Below are positions 11,305 to 24,819 of a stretch of 64,000 nt of DNA, piece after piece. The position numbers and the translations under genes were made by a program. The stretch spans positions 65,971,548 through 66,035,547 of the forward strand of contig NC_092384.1 of NCBI RefSeq assembly GCF_030028105.1, given 5' to 3'. Origin of the DNA: Mobula birostris. Taxonomy: Eukaryota. Each line of letters starts with the position of its first letter. Position 1 is the first letter of the stretch. The notes below the pieces were generated by a model. The model was not told the origin of the DNA. It was given only the letters and a program-made list of their open reading frames with translations, and ran no database searches.

Positions 11305-14195
11305 GTGATTTAAACTAATATGGTGGAGGATGGGAACCAGAATGATAGAATTGAGGATGAGCCAGCCAGTTTACAAGTAGATGATGGGTGTAACATGAAT
11401 GCAAGGAAGGACAAGCTAATGATCGGGTACCAATGCAGACAGAGCAATGAGTTAAATTGTACCACAGAGGCAAAATTCAAAAGGGCAAACAATGCAGGAC
11501 TGAAGGTGCTGTATTTAAATGCAAGTAGCATTCAGAATAAGCTGGACAAACTCATGGCACAATTAAAGATTGGTCAGTATGACATTGTGGGCATCACCGA
11601 GTCTTGGCTGAAAGAAGGCTATAGGAGCTTAACATCAAAGGATATACTTTCTATCCATAGGACAGACAGGAAGGCAAAGGCAGCAGTGTGGCTGTTGGTA
11701 AGAGATGTAATTACATCTTTAGAAAGAGGTGACATAAGGTCAGAATGTTGAATCTCTGAGGGGAGTTAAGAAACTACAAGGGTAAAAAAAACATTATGGG
11801 AATCATATATAGGCCTCCAAATAGTAGCCGAGCTCTGAGGATAAAATTGCAAAGGGAACTGGAAAAGGCATGTAATAAGGGCAATGACACAATTGTAATG
11901 GGGGACTTCAAAATGCAAGGGGATTGGTAAAATCAGATTGATGTCGATCACAAGAGATGAATTTTGTTGAATGCCTATGATATGGCTTTTTAGAGCAGCT
12001 TGTGCTTGAGTCTACTCAGGGAGAGGTTTAGATTGAGTGTTGTGTAATAACCCAGATCTTATGAGGGAACTTAAAGTAAAGGAACCCCCAGAAGGCAGTG
12101 ATCATAATATGATTGAAATTGTACAGCAATTTGAGGGGGAGAAACACAACATGTATCAGTAGTGCAATGGAATAAAGGGAATTACAGAGGCATGAAAGAG
12201 CAGATGGCTGAAGTTTCTGGGAATAGTTTAGAAGGTGCAAGATAGATATGTCCCACCGAGGAAGAAGTTCTCAAATGGCAGGAGAAGGCAACTGTGACGG
12301 ATGAAGGAAGTTAAGGACTGCATAAAAACTAAGGAAAGGGCACACAAGGTAGCAAAAGTGAGTGGGAAGTTGGATGATTGGGAAGCTTTAAAAATCTAAC
12401 AAAAGGCAACTAAAAAAGCTATAAGAAGGAAAAAAGATTAAAAATGAGCGCAGACTAGCTAATAATATAAATTTGGATACCAAAAGTTTTTTTTCCAGAT
12501 ATATAAAGAATAAAAGGAAGTTGCTATTGGTCCACTGGAAAATGATGCTGGTGAGGTAGTAATGGGACAAAGAAATGGCAGATGAACTTAATGGGTACTT
12601 TCCATCTGTCTTCACTGTGGAAGACACTAGCAGTGTGCCAGTGGTCCGTGAGTGTCAGGGAGCAGGAGTGAGTGCCATCGCTATCACAAAGGGAAAAGTG
12701 ATAGGCAAACTCAAAGGTCTTAAGGTGGACAAGTCACCTGGACCAGAAGGACTACATCACAGAGTCATGAGAGAGGATGCTGAAGAGATAAGAGATGCAT
12801 TGGTCATGATCTTTCAAGAATCACTTGATTCTGGCATGATCCCGGAGGACTAGAAGATTGCAAATGTCACTCCACTCTTTAAGAAGGGAGGAAGGCAAAG
12901 GAAAGGAAAGGCCAGTTAGCCTAACCTCAGTGGTTGAGAAAGCGTTGGAGTCTATTAAGGCTGAGGTTTTGAGGTACTTGGAGACGAATAATAAAGTAAG
13001 TCAAAGTCAGCATGGTTTCGGTAAAGGGAAATCTTGCCTGACAAATCTGTTGAACTCTTCAAGGAAGTAACAAGCAGGGTGGGTGGACAAAGGAGAGGCA
13101 GAGAATATCATTTACTTGGATTTTCAGGTGTTTGATAAGGTGCCACACGAAGCTGCTTAACGTGATCAAATCCTGTGGTGTTATGGGAAAGATACTGGCA
13201 TGAATAGCAGAATGGCTAACAAGCAGGAGGCAGTGAGTGGGAATAAAAGAGGCCTTTTCTGGTTGACTGCCAGTGACTAGAGGTGTTCCTCAGGGGTCAG
13301 TATTGGGACTGCTGCTTTTCACATTGTTTGTCAATGATTTAGGTAATGGATTTGAAGGCTTTGTAGCAAAGTTTTCAAATGATACGAAGATAGGTGGAAG
13401 GGTAGGTAGTGCTAAGGAAGCAATGTGATTGCAGCAGGACTTGAACAAATTGAAGGAATGCGCAAAAAGGTGGCAGATAGAATACAGTGTTGGGAAATGT
13501 ATGATAATGTATTTTGGTAAAAGAAATAATAGTGCGGATTATCTAAATGGAGAGAAGGTTCAAACATCAAAAGGTGCAGAGGGACTTAGGGCTCCTCATG
13601 CAAGAATCCCAGAAGGTTAATTTACAGGTCGAGTCTGTGGTAAAGAAGGCAAATGCAATGTTGGCATACATTTCAAGGGGAACAGAACATAAAAGCAAGG
13701 AGACAATGCTAAGCCTTTATAAGGCAACAGTCAGGCAGTATTTGGAGTATTATCGACAGTTCTGGGCCCCATATCACAGAAAGGACGCATTGTCATTGGT
13801 GAGTCGAGAGGAGGTTCACGAGGATGATTCTGGGAACGAAGGGGTTAACATACGAGGTGTGTATGGCAGCTTTGGGCCTGTACTCACTGGAATTTAGAAG
13901 AATGTAGGGGGATCTCATTGAAACCTACTGAATGTTGAAAGGACTAAATAAGGTGGATGTGGAGACGATGTTTGCTATGGTGGGGTATCCAGAACTGGAG
14001 GGCACAGCCTCAAAATTGAAGGCAACCCTTTCGAACAGAGATAAGGAGGAATTTTTTAGCCAGAGAGTAGTAAATCTGTGGAATGCTCTGCCTCAAAGAC
14101 TGTGGACACCAAGTCCACCTGTATAGTTAAGGTGGAAGTTGATCGTTTCCTGATCGGTCAAGAGCATCAAAGGATATGGCGAGAAGGCAGGTGAT
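11305..14195 (+). mobile_element. CR1 LINE, 5'-truncated, frameshifted EN-RT
   Basis: APE endonuclease motifs (LYLNASSI, GITESWL, MGDF) and RT motifs (SPGPEGLH, QHGFGKGKSCLTNL, GVPQGSVLG, FFSQRVVNLWNALP). Confidence 0.9.
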
Positions 14196-15769
14196 GCCAT
14201 TAGAGATGTAGAAAACCCTGCTGGAAAATACCTGGAATCAGTCAGAGAAACAGCACATTCTATTTTGCATCACTGAGAGTCTCTCTGTTCGTGCACATGT
14301 ACTTGGCAGAAAAAAAAAGCAATGGATGGAATCAGCAGGCATCATGATATCTGGTAGTTCCAAAAAAACCTGAACTTGTGCCCAATTGGCACAGAAGTGT
14401 GACTGATTTCCCTAAACATGCTTGTGCAGCATCTACCAAAGAATCTCTAAAGGAAGTGTATGAGTATAATATGCCACTGAATTCAAACTGTTACACTGTA
14501 CTAAAACATTAAATACATACATTATAAAATACTTGGGTATCAGGTAAGAAGAAAGAAAAGTAAACCCCCTGTATTTTCAGGTTATCCTTTTACTTAAATT
14601 ATTTTAAAAACCTTAATTCCTATGCAAATTAGGCAGTGATGCATCTCAAGGACAGCGAAATCAGTTAAGCAATATCCATCAAGTTGGAAATTGCCACAGC
14701 AACTCATGAAGTTCCTGTAAACAATCTACAATGAAATACCACCAGAAAGGTTCTTTTTATCTTATCCACCACTAAACTCTTGTGTTCTACATGAAAACCA
14801 AAAAATAGCTCAGAAAAACTCAGGTAGGCTGAATCTGCTTACTTTCCTTTCTTCATGTTCACATCTGGTATCTAATGGCTGGATGTCCATGAATTTCCTT
14901 GTAGAAGTGGGATGCAGGGGACTCATTGCTACATCTACGACCAGTCTATTGAAGAAGACGGGGGTGAGGGGTCACTCCCTCCAACAAGCAATCAAGTCCT
15001 TGTCAAATGCAGAAGAAAGCAGCAATTGGATTTGGATTAAAAGGAAAGACAACAACTGATGAAGACAGGAGGGTATGGAACTGGGGGCAGGGGGTGTATC
15101 TGGGACGCCAGGTAGCCCACTGGAGACGCCGTGGGCTTATCAACGAAATGTCAAAGGAGGCTGCCCATCTGATGACCCCAATGACATACCTATCCTCCTT
15201 GTCACCACTCCAAGTCCACTGCCGACATACAGAGTGCCGACTTACCACAGGGATTGAAACATCATGTCCTGAGGACCGCCCCTGTCTGCCAATGGAGGAG
15301 CAGTATATTTCTGCTGCTCTTACTTTTCTTTCTTTCCCCCTAGTTTAAGCTTTGAATTTAAAATTTTTACTTGTTGATTCTTGAGGGTGATCAGTATGTC
15401 TATGTCTACAAGAAGTGGGAAGAATTTACCTGAACCTAGTGATAAAAGTAATGGGAAAGGAAAGGTGCAAAAGGAAAGATCTGATGAAATGCCAACGTGG
15501 GCTGAAGATATTGTTCGGACACTGAATTCAATTAAGGATCAGAATGGATCAATTAAAGACCAACTGGAAAAGAATAGTAATGAAATGAAACATCAAGTCC
15601 TAGTAGCTCTACTACTCTAAATGTTATAGTGCAAGTATTTTTTGTACTGTTCATGCACCTCTTTAAAATGTTCCTTGGTAGGAACTAAACAAAATGTAAC
15701 AAACTACCTGCTACAGAAACAAATGCACCATGCCACCAGGTTCTTAATTTCATCTCTGTACTCAAACTC

Positions 15770-16500
15770 ATCATTACCCAAGCTACGGCCTACAATTGCG
15801 GTGTCATCAGCAAACATATATTGAGTTTGATGGAAACTTGGCTACACAATCATGGGTGTAGAGTACAGCAGGGCGCTGAGTACACAACCTTGTGGGGCAC
15901 CGGTGCTCAGAGTGATTGTAGAAGAGAGCTTTTCCCCTATTTTTACAGCCTTGGTCCTGTCTGTGAGGAAGTTGAAGATCCAGCTGCAGATCTGAGTGCT
16001 AAGGCCCAGGTTCTGGAGCTTAGGAGTCTTAGGTTTTTTTGCACTACCTTACTTTCCCTTTTCTATTTATGATTTATAATTTAAATTTTTACTATTTACT
16101 ATTGATTTGTACTCCAGAAAGAGCGAAGCGCAGAATCACATATCGCTGTGATGATTTTACGCTCTAGTATCAATAGTTTGGCGACAATAAAGTGAAGTAA
16201 ATGCCAACATTCCATTTACCTGTTGCAACTACAAACTGATTCATGCACAAGCACTCCAAAATCCTTCTGCATAACAGCGTGCTTCAATCTTGCATCGTTT
16301 AAATAATCTAGGTGTTCCTTCCAAAATGGACGACCTCACATTTACCAATGTTGTACTCCATCTGTCAGTCCTGTGCCTACTATACCTCACAGCACATTCT
16401 CCAGACCCTCAGCAGAATGTCTTTTTTTTTAAAGCCAATTTAGTGTCATCAGCAAACTTACAAACATTACATTGTCCCCTCTTCCAGACTGTTAATGTAC
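15770..16500 (-). mobile_element. Composite of LINE fragments (Rex1-like RT piece, then CR1 RT piece)
   Basis: Two FADDT-encoding segments (GTGTCATCAGCAAAC at ~15801 and ~16444 on +) and a [11 protein letters not shown]-type motif near 15870-15900. Confidence 0.55.
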
Positions 16501-17147
16501 ATCATAAAGTTGAACCTAAACCAGTCAGAAACATATGCCCCTGGAGTCTGGATAAGGATCAATCCCTGGCCTTCTCTCCTTCCCCCCAACCATGTTCTTA
16601 GGAAAGTTTGGCTGTATATCGAATGATAAAAATCTTGCTGCTTGTTGAAGCAGCTGATTGAAACATATTACCCATTTAGTCAGGTTCTGCCTTCAAATTG
16701 TCTTTAAGGTGTAATTATTTCTGAAACATGCACCATGTCTTGCATTGTCTGAAAGGTTGATATTGTGTATGAAAATTAACATCCCTCAGAACCAGGAAAC
16801 TCATCATAACCACCATTAGATAACTTGTCCCCCTTCACAAGCCAACCCCTTAACGTGAATGATGTACCAAGCCAAAAATCCACGTACAAGCCAAATTTTG
16901 CAGATGTAAAGTACAAATGATAAGCTGGGGTTAAATCAGGGTTGTGGGCGACGCAGCTTGAAGGTCTGGAAGGGCCTATTCCGTGCTGTATCGTAATAAA
17001 TACAGTAAATATTTTCTTTTGCTTTCAATCGACTATTTGACACAGATTCACTTAGGCTGTCTGTGTGCCACATTATTCTACGATTTACTTTAAGCAAATG
17101 CAACAAAAACAGGATAAACAGTTCAGTGCTGAACTTTTGAAATGGGT

Positions 17148-17925
17148 TGCCCAGAGAAGTCATCCACACCAACTGCACCAGTACTTTTAAAAGAGCCAAA
17201 TCAACAGAGCCTTTTTCGTTTTGGCTGGGGATTTGTTGGGGGGGGGGGGTGGACAGAGGAGTGCGAGGAGTCAATTACATCATGAACTGACTGTTCTGTT
17301 TTTCAACATTTTGGCATATGCACTTCCATGACTTGTGCCTATCTATAAACAAAAGACAAATATTTTACAGAATAGGTTAATATTTCAACTACATGTCAGT
17401 GACCAGGAGCAGGAAATATGAACCTAGACCCATTTCATGTTGTACACATAACAAAATAAAAACAGTCTAGTATCACCTAATACTACTTGATTTTTATGGT
17501 ATATTAACAGTACAAATCAGTTCAGGTGATCCTAGCTCAGCTTGACAATGGCCAGTGAGATATATGGATTACTGTCTGTGTTGCATTTAAAAAATAAATG
17601 TTTTGGTTTATTTCATTAATCAGCATGGAACAAAACAATATTGTTGTTGTATAGAACAAGCCACCCTCAATTATATAGTTAGGCAAACACTCACCTTGGA
17701 ATCTAGACATGAAGCATCCACACGGTGAATACAATATTTATACACAGTAAGTGAGTTCATCACATTAATGATCACTTAATGTTAGAATTTACTTTCAGCA
17801 AACAAGACCAACAAAGCAAAATGGGATACATTTCGGGACAGAGAAAATCAAAAAGTGTAGAAAGTGCTGCCCAGAGAAGTCATCCACACCAACTGATTCA
17901 GTATTTTAAAAGAGCCGATTCAACA
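17148..17925. repeat. Dispersed ~58-bp direct repeat, two copies 720 bp apart
   Basis: TGCCCAGAGAAGTCATCCACACCAACTG is identical at 17148 and 17868, followed by similar CAGTA(C)TTTTAAAAGAGCC..TCAACA. Confidence 0.85.
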
Positions 17926-20900
17926 CATACAACAATCTGGAGTCTGTCTCAAGAGAAACTCATCAATGAGGTAACTTGCATCTTTTTGGCCATGCCATAT
18001 TAGTTTAATGCCTATATCGTTAAATTCAAAAAGTGCAAGATGCTTCCAATTAGTTTCAAATAACAGAACAAACTCTACATTTACCACATTGCACCTGCGT
18101 ATGATGTAAGACTTTAATAATGTATTAAAAGATTATAATTAAAAACTTTGGAATGAGAAGTAAACAGTTTTGTGAAATGTATATCAAGTTTGTAAATTTT
18201 TAATGACTGTTGTGTCAAACTTTCTGATATGCAAAAGAAATATTCTACTTTAACCTCCAGCAATCCCAAAATAATCAGATTACTGAGAAACAATCATGGT
18301 TCGTACTTCAGGGCCAATTTGCCAAGATGTTATGCACACCATTTTCATATGACCTTGACAGTACACCAAAATTACTTTAACATACAAGAGGAAGAGATTC
18401 AAGTGCAACAGAACAGTATTTTATTTCTGTTTTGATACCAAACTGTAGAAATTTGGTTTACAGATTGGGTGGAAGTCATCACACTATGTCAGAAGGGCTG
18501 AGTGAAACCCCTAGATTATCATCCTTGTTCATAACAAATGGAACAGCTCACTGGGCACCTGGCATACACAATTAATTTGTTGAACTTAAAACTGGCATGG
18601 GATGATTCATGAAGTCGTATTTCATCTTCCAGCACTTAAATTTTCAGAAATCTTCCAAGACATGTAGAAAAATTAAATGCCCAAAAAGATTCATGTGCTT
18701 ATCATCCTTTCAGTTTAGGTTTGAATCTAGCAGATATTGTAAACCAAATTAATGTTTCCCTTTAGGCCAGTGAGGCTCCCTTACAATTGCAATGCAGTTT
18801 ATGACACAAATTGGGATAATTAACAATGCCTGGTAACTTTGTTACAAAGAAACAAATTTTGATATACATGTGCCATTCAGCTCATGAAAATGAACAAATG
18901 TCATTAGAAAGACAGTGTGCTAATACCACTTAATCTCCCCAGGAAACATTACTTTTAACCACCTATATCACAAGATACAGACTTTGATGTGAAAGGATGA
19001 AAGGGGCAAGGACACTATTAAATAATAAACCCCAGAGGACCTCATGCGGAACTTTGCACCAGATGTAGAAGAAAATCTCCTTGAAAAATTATTTCAGTGG
19101 GTGGATAAGGAGTGAAAAGTAGGATCAAAGTAGGATAAGTGTTACATTTATGACTGCTTCTTACTCTCTGCTTTAATTTTTCCAATGTAAGGTTTACATT
19201 TCAATGATTCTCCAAAAGTTCAGTCTCAGATGTGCAATAAAGACTAGTTAGTTCCCCATGGAAGAGGAAGTTGTGCAGAATGTCTGCGTGGAGAGCAAAA
19301 CCATGAAAATTTCAATGGGCACTTCTTCTACGACATACCATTCACCTCTATTGGAGCCTTTATTACAGAAAGATCAAAATACATATCTCCTTGTATGCTT
19401 AAGATAAAAATGACCTTTAAGAGAACTGGTATGACAACTGGATCAAAAGTTTTTCATCACTTCAACTATTACTTCCTTTCAAGCACTACACAAATCATTG
19501 TTAAAAATAATTGCAATTTACTGAACATGCAGTTATTATAAAAACAGCTCACTGTGACTGATTTCTTGACATGTAAAAACAAAGGAGCACCATGAAGAAA
19601 CGTTACAGAACACAACCGAGTCATAATGCTGACAAATGAAATAAAGCAAAAGGCAGCTGAAGGGAAGAATGAATGGGATTAGAATAACAATAATCATAGG
19701 TATATGGGATTCTGGTAACGGTGCCATGGGAAACTGAATTAAAGTCAAGGCTTCTTGAAGTAATAAAAGTAACTTCAGGAAACCAAATAATTAATGGTGA
19801 CTGTGGCTGGAGAGGAACAAACTTAGCTACCTGGCAAAACTCGTAATACATTAACAATGAATTATACTTATTAATGACACACTTGACACCCAGCATATGC
19901 TGTTCGTGACCAAAAACAGGGTACTAAACTTCAGCATATTCTGGATGCGACCCCACTCATGAAGGGGATTACAAATGAAATGAAGTACAGTTCCCATGTA
20001 GGAAGGTGAATGAAAATCATTTGTCACAAGTGCTTAACATACCTCACCATCCATTATCAGAATACTGAAGGATTGGCAGCCATCTCATACTGATGAAGGC
20101 CTAGACAATGTAGTCCTGATGACAGATAACAAACCTCTCTGACCCAGCAAAACCAGCTCAGTGGGATGTGGGAGGAAATCAGAGCAACAGAAGGCAAGAT
20201 CTGCACAGACCTGCACCACTGTCAGCCAACTAACCTCTGCTATGCTTCATCCCCAACAAACATTTGCTGGGAAAGCAATCCACAGCACAGCATCATGCAC
20301 CCAGGATCTGCAATGATGTAATAAACTCCATTTAAGCCTCATGTGAAAAGTACTTTTTATTTAAAAGATCATCAGCACAAAGACAAATGAATATTTTCAC
20401 AAAATGCTACACCAAGTAAGCTGGTGAAAATCAAAAACAAAACTACAGATGCTGGAAATTTAAAATAAAAACAAAATGCTACAAACATTCATGAGATTAG
20501 ACAGCATCCGTGGAGAGAGAAACTGTTTATGTTGCAAGTCAGAGATTTTTTCAAAACTGGTGAAAATATTTTCATGCCTAAGATTTATAATATTACTGAT
20601 TTAAAGGTGATGGATGCTATCCCAAAAGCTGAATGAACCTCAGGGTATGAGGCAAAGAGCATGGACAGACTGCTGCTGGGGTTGGAGGGAAGAAAAACTA
20701 GGAGAACCCAAAGGAAATAATGATTAGTGGGGATTTTAACAATTTAGATGGAAAAGTAGGGGGGTGCCTTGGGGAGCATAAATGTTGTGACTGATCAGTG
20801 GAGCACAATGAACTTGTTCTGTGATACACAAGGAAGTACAACTTCAAACCTTGTCAACAATTTCAGATGAATTATGCAGTCCTAACAAAACTTCTACTGC

Positions 20901-21744
20901 TTTCTAGGTTGTAAAGGTTTTAAAAGAGGATTTTGTCTTTTAAGGTGTTCAGATTTATTTAAAATGTACATCAATTGCACCTTCATCACAGCAGTATGAT
21001 AGAAACAGTCTTCCTGACAGCATTAAACTTTGACCAAACCACCTACGCAATTCCTTGACATAAATTTATTTCATGCATGAGGATTAAAATTAAGTTCTCT
21101 TTCATCAAAAGATGGGCTTAGGTTTGAAGATGTTGTTCAACATAACCATAAATAATTACAAATTAATTGCAATTTTATGATCCACCACAGTGAGATCAGG
21201 TTTATGGCTTTGGATTAGTAATCCACTATGAAGATCACTATCTTACTGAGTATCAGAAAAAATACTCACCTTATTGAAGATGTCTTGAGTTAGATTTGGT
21301 ATCTATAATACTGGCAATGAACAAGTTCAGTAATTAAGGCCACATGAATAAAGCAAGAGGAATAACTACTTTTACGTAGATCCAAACAAAACTACGAGCA
21401 AGGAACTTCGTCATTTCTTAGAAGTGGTGTTCAAATGTTTTTTAAACAAATCAAAGAATAAGTTAAATAACATAGCTTAAGTATGTACATGCTAACTATA
21501 GCCAATGTTGCTTTGAAAAAGTTCCAAAACCTGAACACAAATTGCAAAGTACATGCTAACATCAGAAGAAAAAATAATTGAGGAATTCCAGGTCTGAATC
21601 AAGAGAGATAAATATATATTCTGAATACCACATCAATCCAGGAAAACCTTATGGCAAAAGAAAAAAAAAAACAAAAGGACAATCAACTCTCTCAGAGTTC
21701 TTTATGAAACATTCTAGAGCCAAACTTGTCATGCCTTAGCTATG

Positions 21745-22010
21745 GTACCACTGTGGTTAGCTCAACACTGTTATAGCTCGGGAAGTTCTGGAGTTGGATG
21801 TTCGATTCCAGTGCCCTTCTGTAAGGATTCTCTGACTGCCCTCCCCCTGGAATGTGTGGGCATTCTCCGGATTGTCCAGCTTCCTCCCACGATCCAAAGA
21901 TGTACCAGGTAAGTTAACTGGTCATTGTAAATTGTCCTGAGATTAGGTTAGGGTTAATTGGGTTTGCTGGAATGATGTGGCTCAAAGAGCTGGAAGGGCC
22001 CACTCTGCAT
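21745..22010 (+). mobile_element. V-SINE-like (HE1/DANA superfamily) element
   Basis: tRNA-like head (GTGGTTAGC...GTTCGATTCC) followed by the V-domain TTCTCCGGATTGTCCAGCTTCCTCCCACGATCCAAAGATGT and GGTCATTGTAAATTGTCC. Confidence 0.65.
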
Positions 22011-22855
22011 TGGAATGCCCCAAATGACGCTATGATAATTTAAATGCTGAAATTCAATAAAACAGTCTCAACCTGATAAGGGAGTGGTTATAATTCTTGA
22101 CAAATGAAATGAAAGATTTCATATCACAAGAGACAGCTTTCTATTGATAGGGAAATACTGAATAACATCTATGGGTACATAGTGATACAACACTTGAATT
22201 TGTTTTTACAATTTGTGTATCAAATTGAAAACATTCAAATACCTGCTATCATGTGACTAAATTCTTTGATAAGATACTGGTAGTGTATTTCTGTGGATGT
22301 GAAGGTGGCCATTCGGTGTAAAAAAATTTCACAAGAAAATCTTTAGTATAAATAGTATTTCCATTTCAGTGGAAAATCACCTGGAATGCGAGGAAAGTTT
22401 AAATATTGGTGATTTATGCTCTCTTTAATGACCTGCACTTGAGACACATTCAATTATCTTGTGCCTGAATTAAATACACATTAACAGAAAGTTAAGCCTT
22501 TATATTCATTACTTCAATATCCTTACTGGATTTTCCTTGTCATTTAACAAGTATAATTTTCTTGGATTTTCACCCTACTCACTTGAAAACAGAACAATTT
22601 AAAAGAAAAATTACCAACTTAAATATTCAAGTGCACTTGCCAAAAATATTTTCAAAAATTATGAAGCCTTGCCACCATTCACTCATCATGCAGAATAAGT
22701 ATATGCAAAAAAATAAGCATATTTTCAATTGAGAATTGAGCTGAGAGACTTTTTAGATGTATTATGTAGCTGTTAAATGGTAATAGGTCCCAAACAATAA
22801 TGGGGATAAAAGTCAGCTTCATGCACGTAACCTCAAACACATTTAGTCAGACTGA

Positions 22856-24057
22856 GGCTACGTCCACACTATGCCAGATAATTTTGAAAACACCGGTTTC
22901 GAGTAAAAATGACAGGCGTCCACACTCAGTCACAAAATATCTCCGTCCACATTAGGCGGATATTTGGGCGAATCTCCTACTACTGGGCAAGCGCAGGACA
23001 CGCAGAAAACAAGCGAAGAGGAAACGATATACTTCATGCACGTTTTTCCAGTTACAGAGTAGAAAAACTTTAAAGGAATTGCTCTTGGCTCTCGCACAGG
23101 AGGACTTAAAACTGAAAAAAAAAACAAATACTGGAGTGTATGGAGGCAACCGACAGGGAGTTCACAGACAGTATGACCCAGCTGACGACGAACATTGAAA
23201 AACTAACTCTGTTACATTAATAAAGCACCTTGTTAAATGTATAAAACGTCTGCATCAGCGTTATCTTGTACTTCCATACAACGTTACATTAGGCTGTTAC
23301 ACATCTATTGTCAGAGAAGTACTTGCATAAATAGGTAAACCACCTTCATACAAGCAAGGACAGAAAACAGGGCGAAGTGAGTATACTTAATTATTCAGTA
23401 AGCTATGGGTCAACTGGCTTCAGTCTCGTCCGTCTGTTCTGAAATTGTTAGGTGGTGGCGCTCAAGAAAACAATGAACATCTGTTCCAGCACGTTATGAC
23501 AGCGTTTTTAAATTGTCAAGAAAACTCACTTTACAATTTAACTCTCACGCTGTTCACACTGACTGCGCGTTATAACAGCTTGCGCAGTACCAAGCAGAAG
23601 CAGAGAAAAGCATGGTTGTTCTGGTGTTGTCATGACAGCGTTTTAAAATCTCTCCAGTTACCATATATTGTTAGGTGGTGGCGTTCAAGAAAACAATGAA
23701 CATCTGTTCCAGCACGTCATGACAGCGTTTTTAAATTGTCAAGAAAACTCACTTTACAATTTAACTCTCACGCTGTTCACACTGACTGCGCATTATAACA
23801 GCTTGCGCAGTACCAAGCAGAAGCAGAGAAAAGCATGGTTGTTGTGGTGTTGTCATGACAGCGTTTTAAAATCTCTCCAGTTACCCCATATACACTACGC
23901 CGGATATTAAGCGTTTTCAGATTTATTCACTCTGGAGAGTGTTTTCGAAAATCTCCGTTTTCGGGGGCTGAAAACGCCGGCTCAGTGTGGACGGGAGGGC
24001 AAGACCAAGAGAAAAAGCTTCGTTTTCAAAATTATCCGGCGTAGTGCGGACGTACCC
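22856..24057. mobile_element. Non-autonomous PIF/Harbinger-like DNA transposon
   Basis: ~36-bp TIRs: GGCTACGTCCACACTATGCCAGATAATTTTGAAAAC vs the reverse complement of the right end GGGTACGTCCGCACTACGCCGGATAATTTTGAAAAC. 3-bp TSD TGA on both sides; no transposase ORF. Confidence 0.85.
23444..23885. repeat. Tandem duplication, 223-bp period, two near-identical units
   Basis: ATTGTTAGGTGGTGGCG...CTCCAGTTACC starts at 23444 and again at 23667, with only a few substitutions. Confidence 0.95.
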
Positions 24058-24819
24058 TGAGTTGTATCTGGTCATGAGTCCATTAGGGTACTCTAGTCAT
24101 GAAACTGCAAAAAGTGTAATTGCTTCCAATCTAAGATGTAAAGTGGGTGCAAACTTGGCTCAGTTCGCAGTCTGATATAGACTTCTATTTATATCTAAAC
24201 AGATGGCGGATTATAAGTGCAGAAGAATGAATTTAATTACTTTATGTACCTTCCTCTTAGCCATTCATGTACAATGAAGGTGGCAATTGTTTACTCAGTC
24301 TCCAGTTTACAAAGAGCACCAACATCTGATATAAAGTTCATTACTGACACAATCCTTTTTGAAAGTGATTAAAACACAATTCCACCTGTTGCCTTATTTC
24401 TCCAAGTATGAAAACAAAAGCGTTTGAAATATAAAATAACTCTCAATCCCCACATTAATCACTTTCTGCATTCTTCCCCACCCCACTCCCACACAAACAC
24501 TCTTTGATAGAAAGACATAGGAATACTTTTAGGCGACAAAACCAATCAGGGTTCTGTCATAAAAACTGAAAATTACCGCATCAATTTCACTTTTTGAACT
24601 ACTTATTCTCCATTTATTCTAAGCACTCTCAGTTCTTTTGCTTACTGAGTCATTATGTTCTCACAGTGCCATTTAAAATTTACTGAAGACTAACCTGCAT
24701 TTTAAAAGATAAAAATGTAGGAAACAATTTAAAAGGTCAAAGTTCTTCAGAAATCACCAAGAAACTATCTGAACAATATTGCTTCTGATGGGTCATTCAG
24801 ACAGAAACATTTAACACAT

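Noticed and set aside
17040-17925. Possible duplicated C/D box snoRNAs (TGGATGA ... CTGA on the minus strand)
   Set aside because: Similarity ends just after the putative C box; no consistent D box spacing, terminal stem or recognisable guide.
19240-19540. Long open frame in unique sequence
   Set aside because: No early start codon, convincing splice sites or recognisable homology.
23444-23910. Duplicated 80-84 aa ORFs or a CRISPR-like array
   Set aside because: Only two 223-bp units with no spacers, inside a non-coding MITE in a eukaryote.
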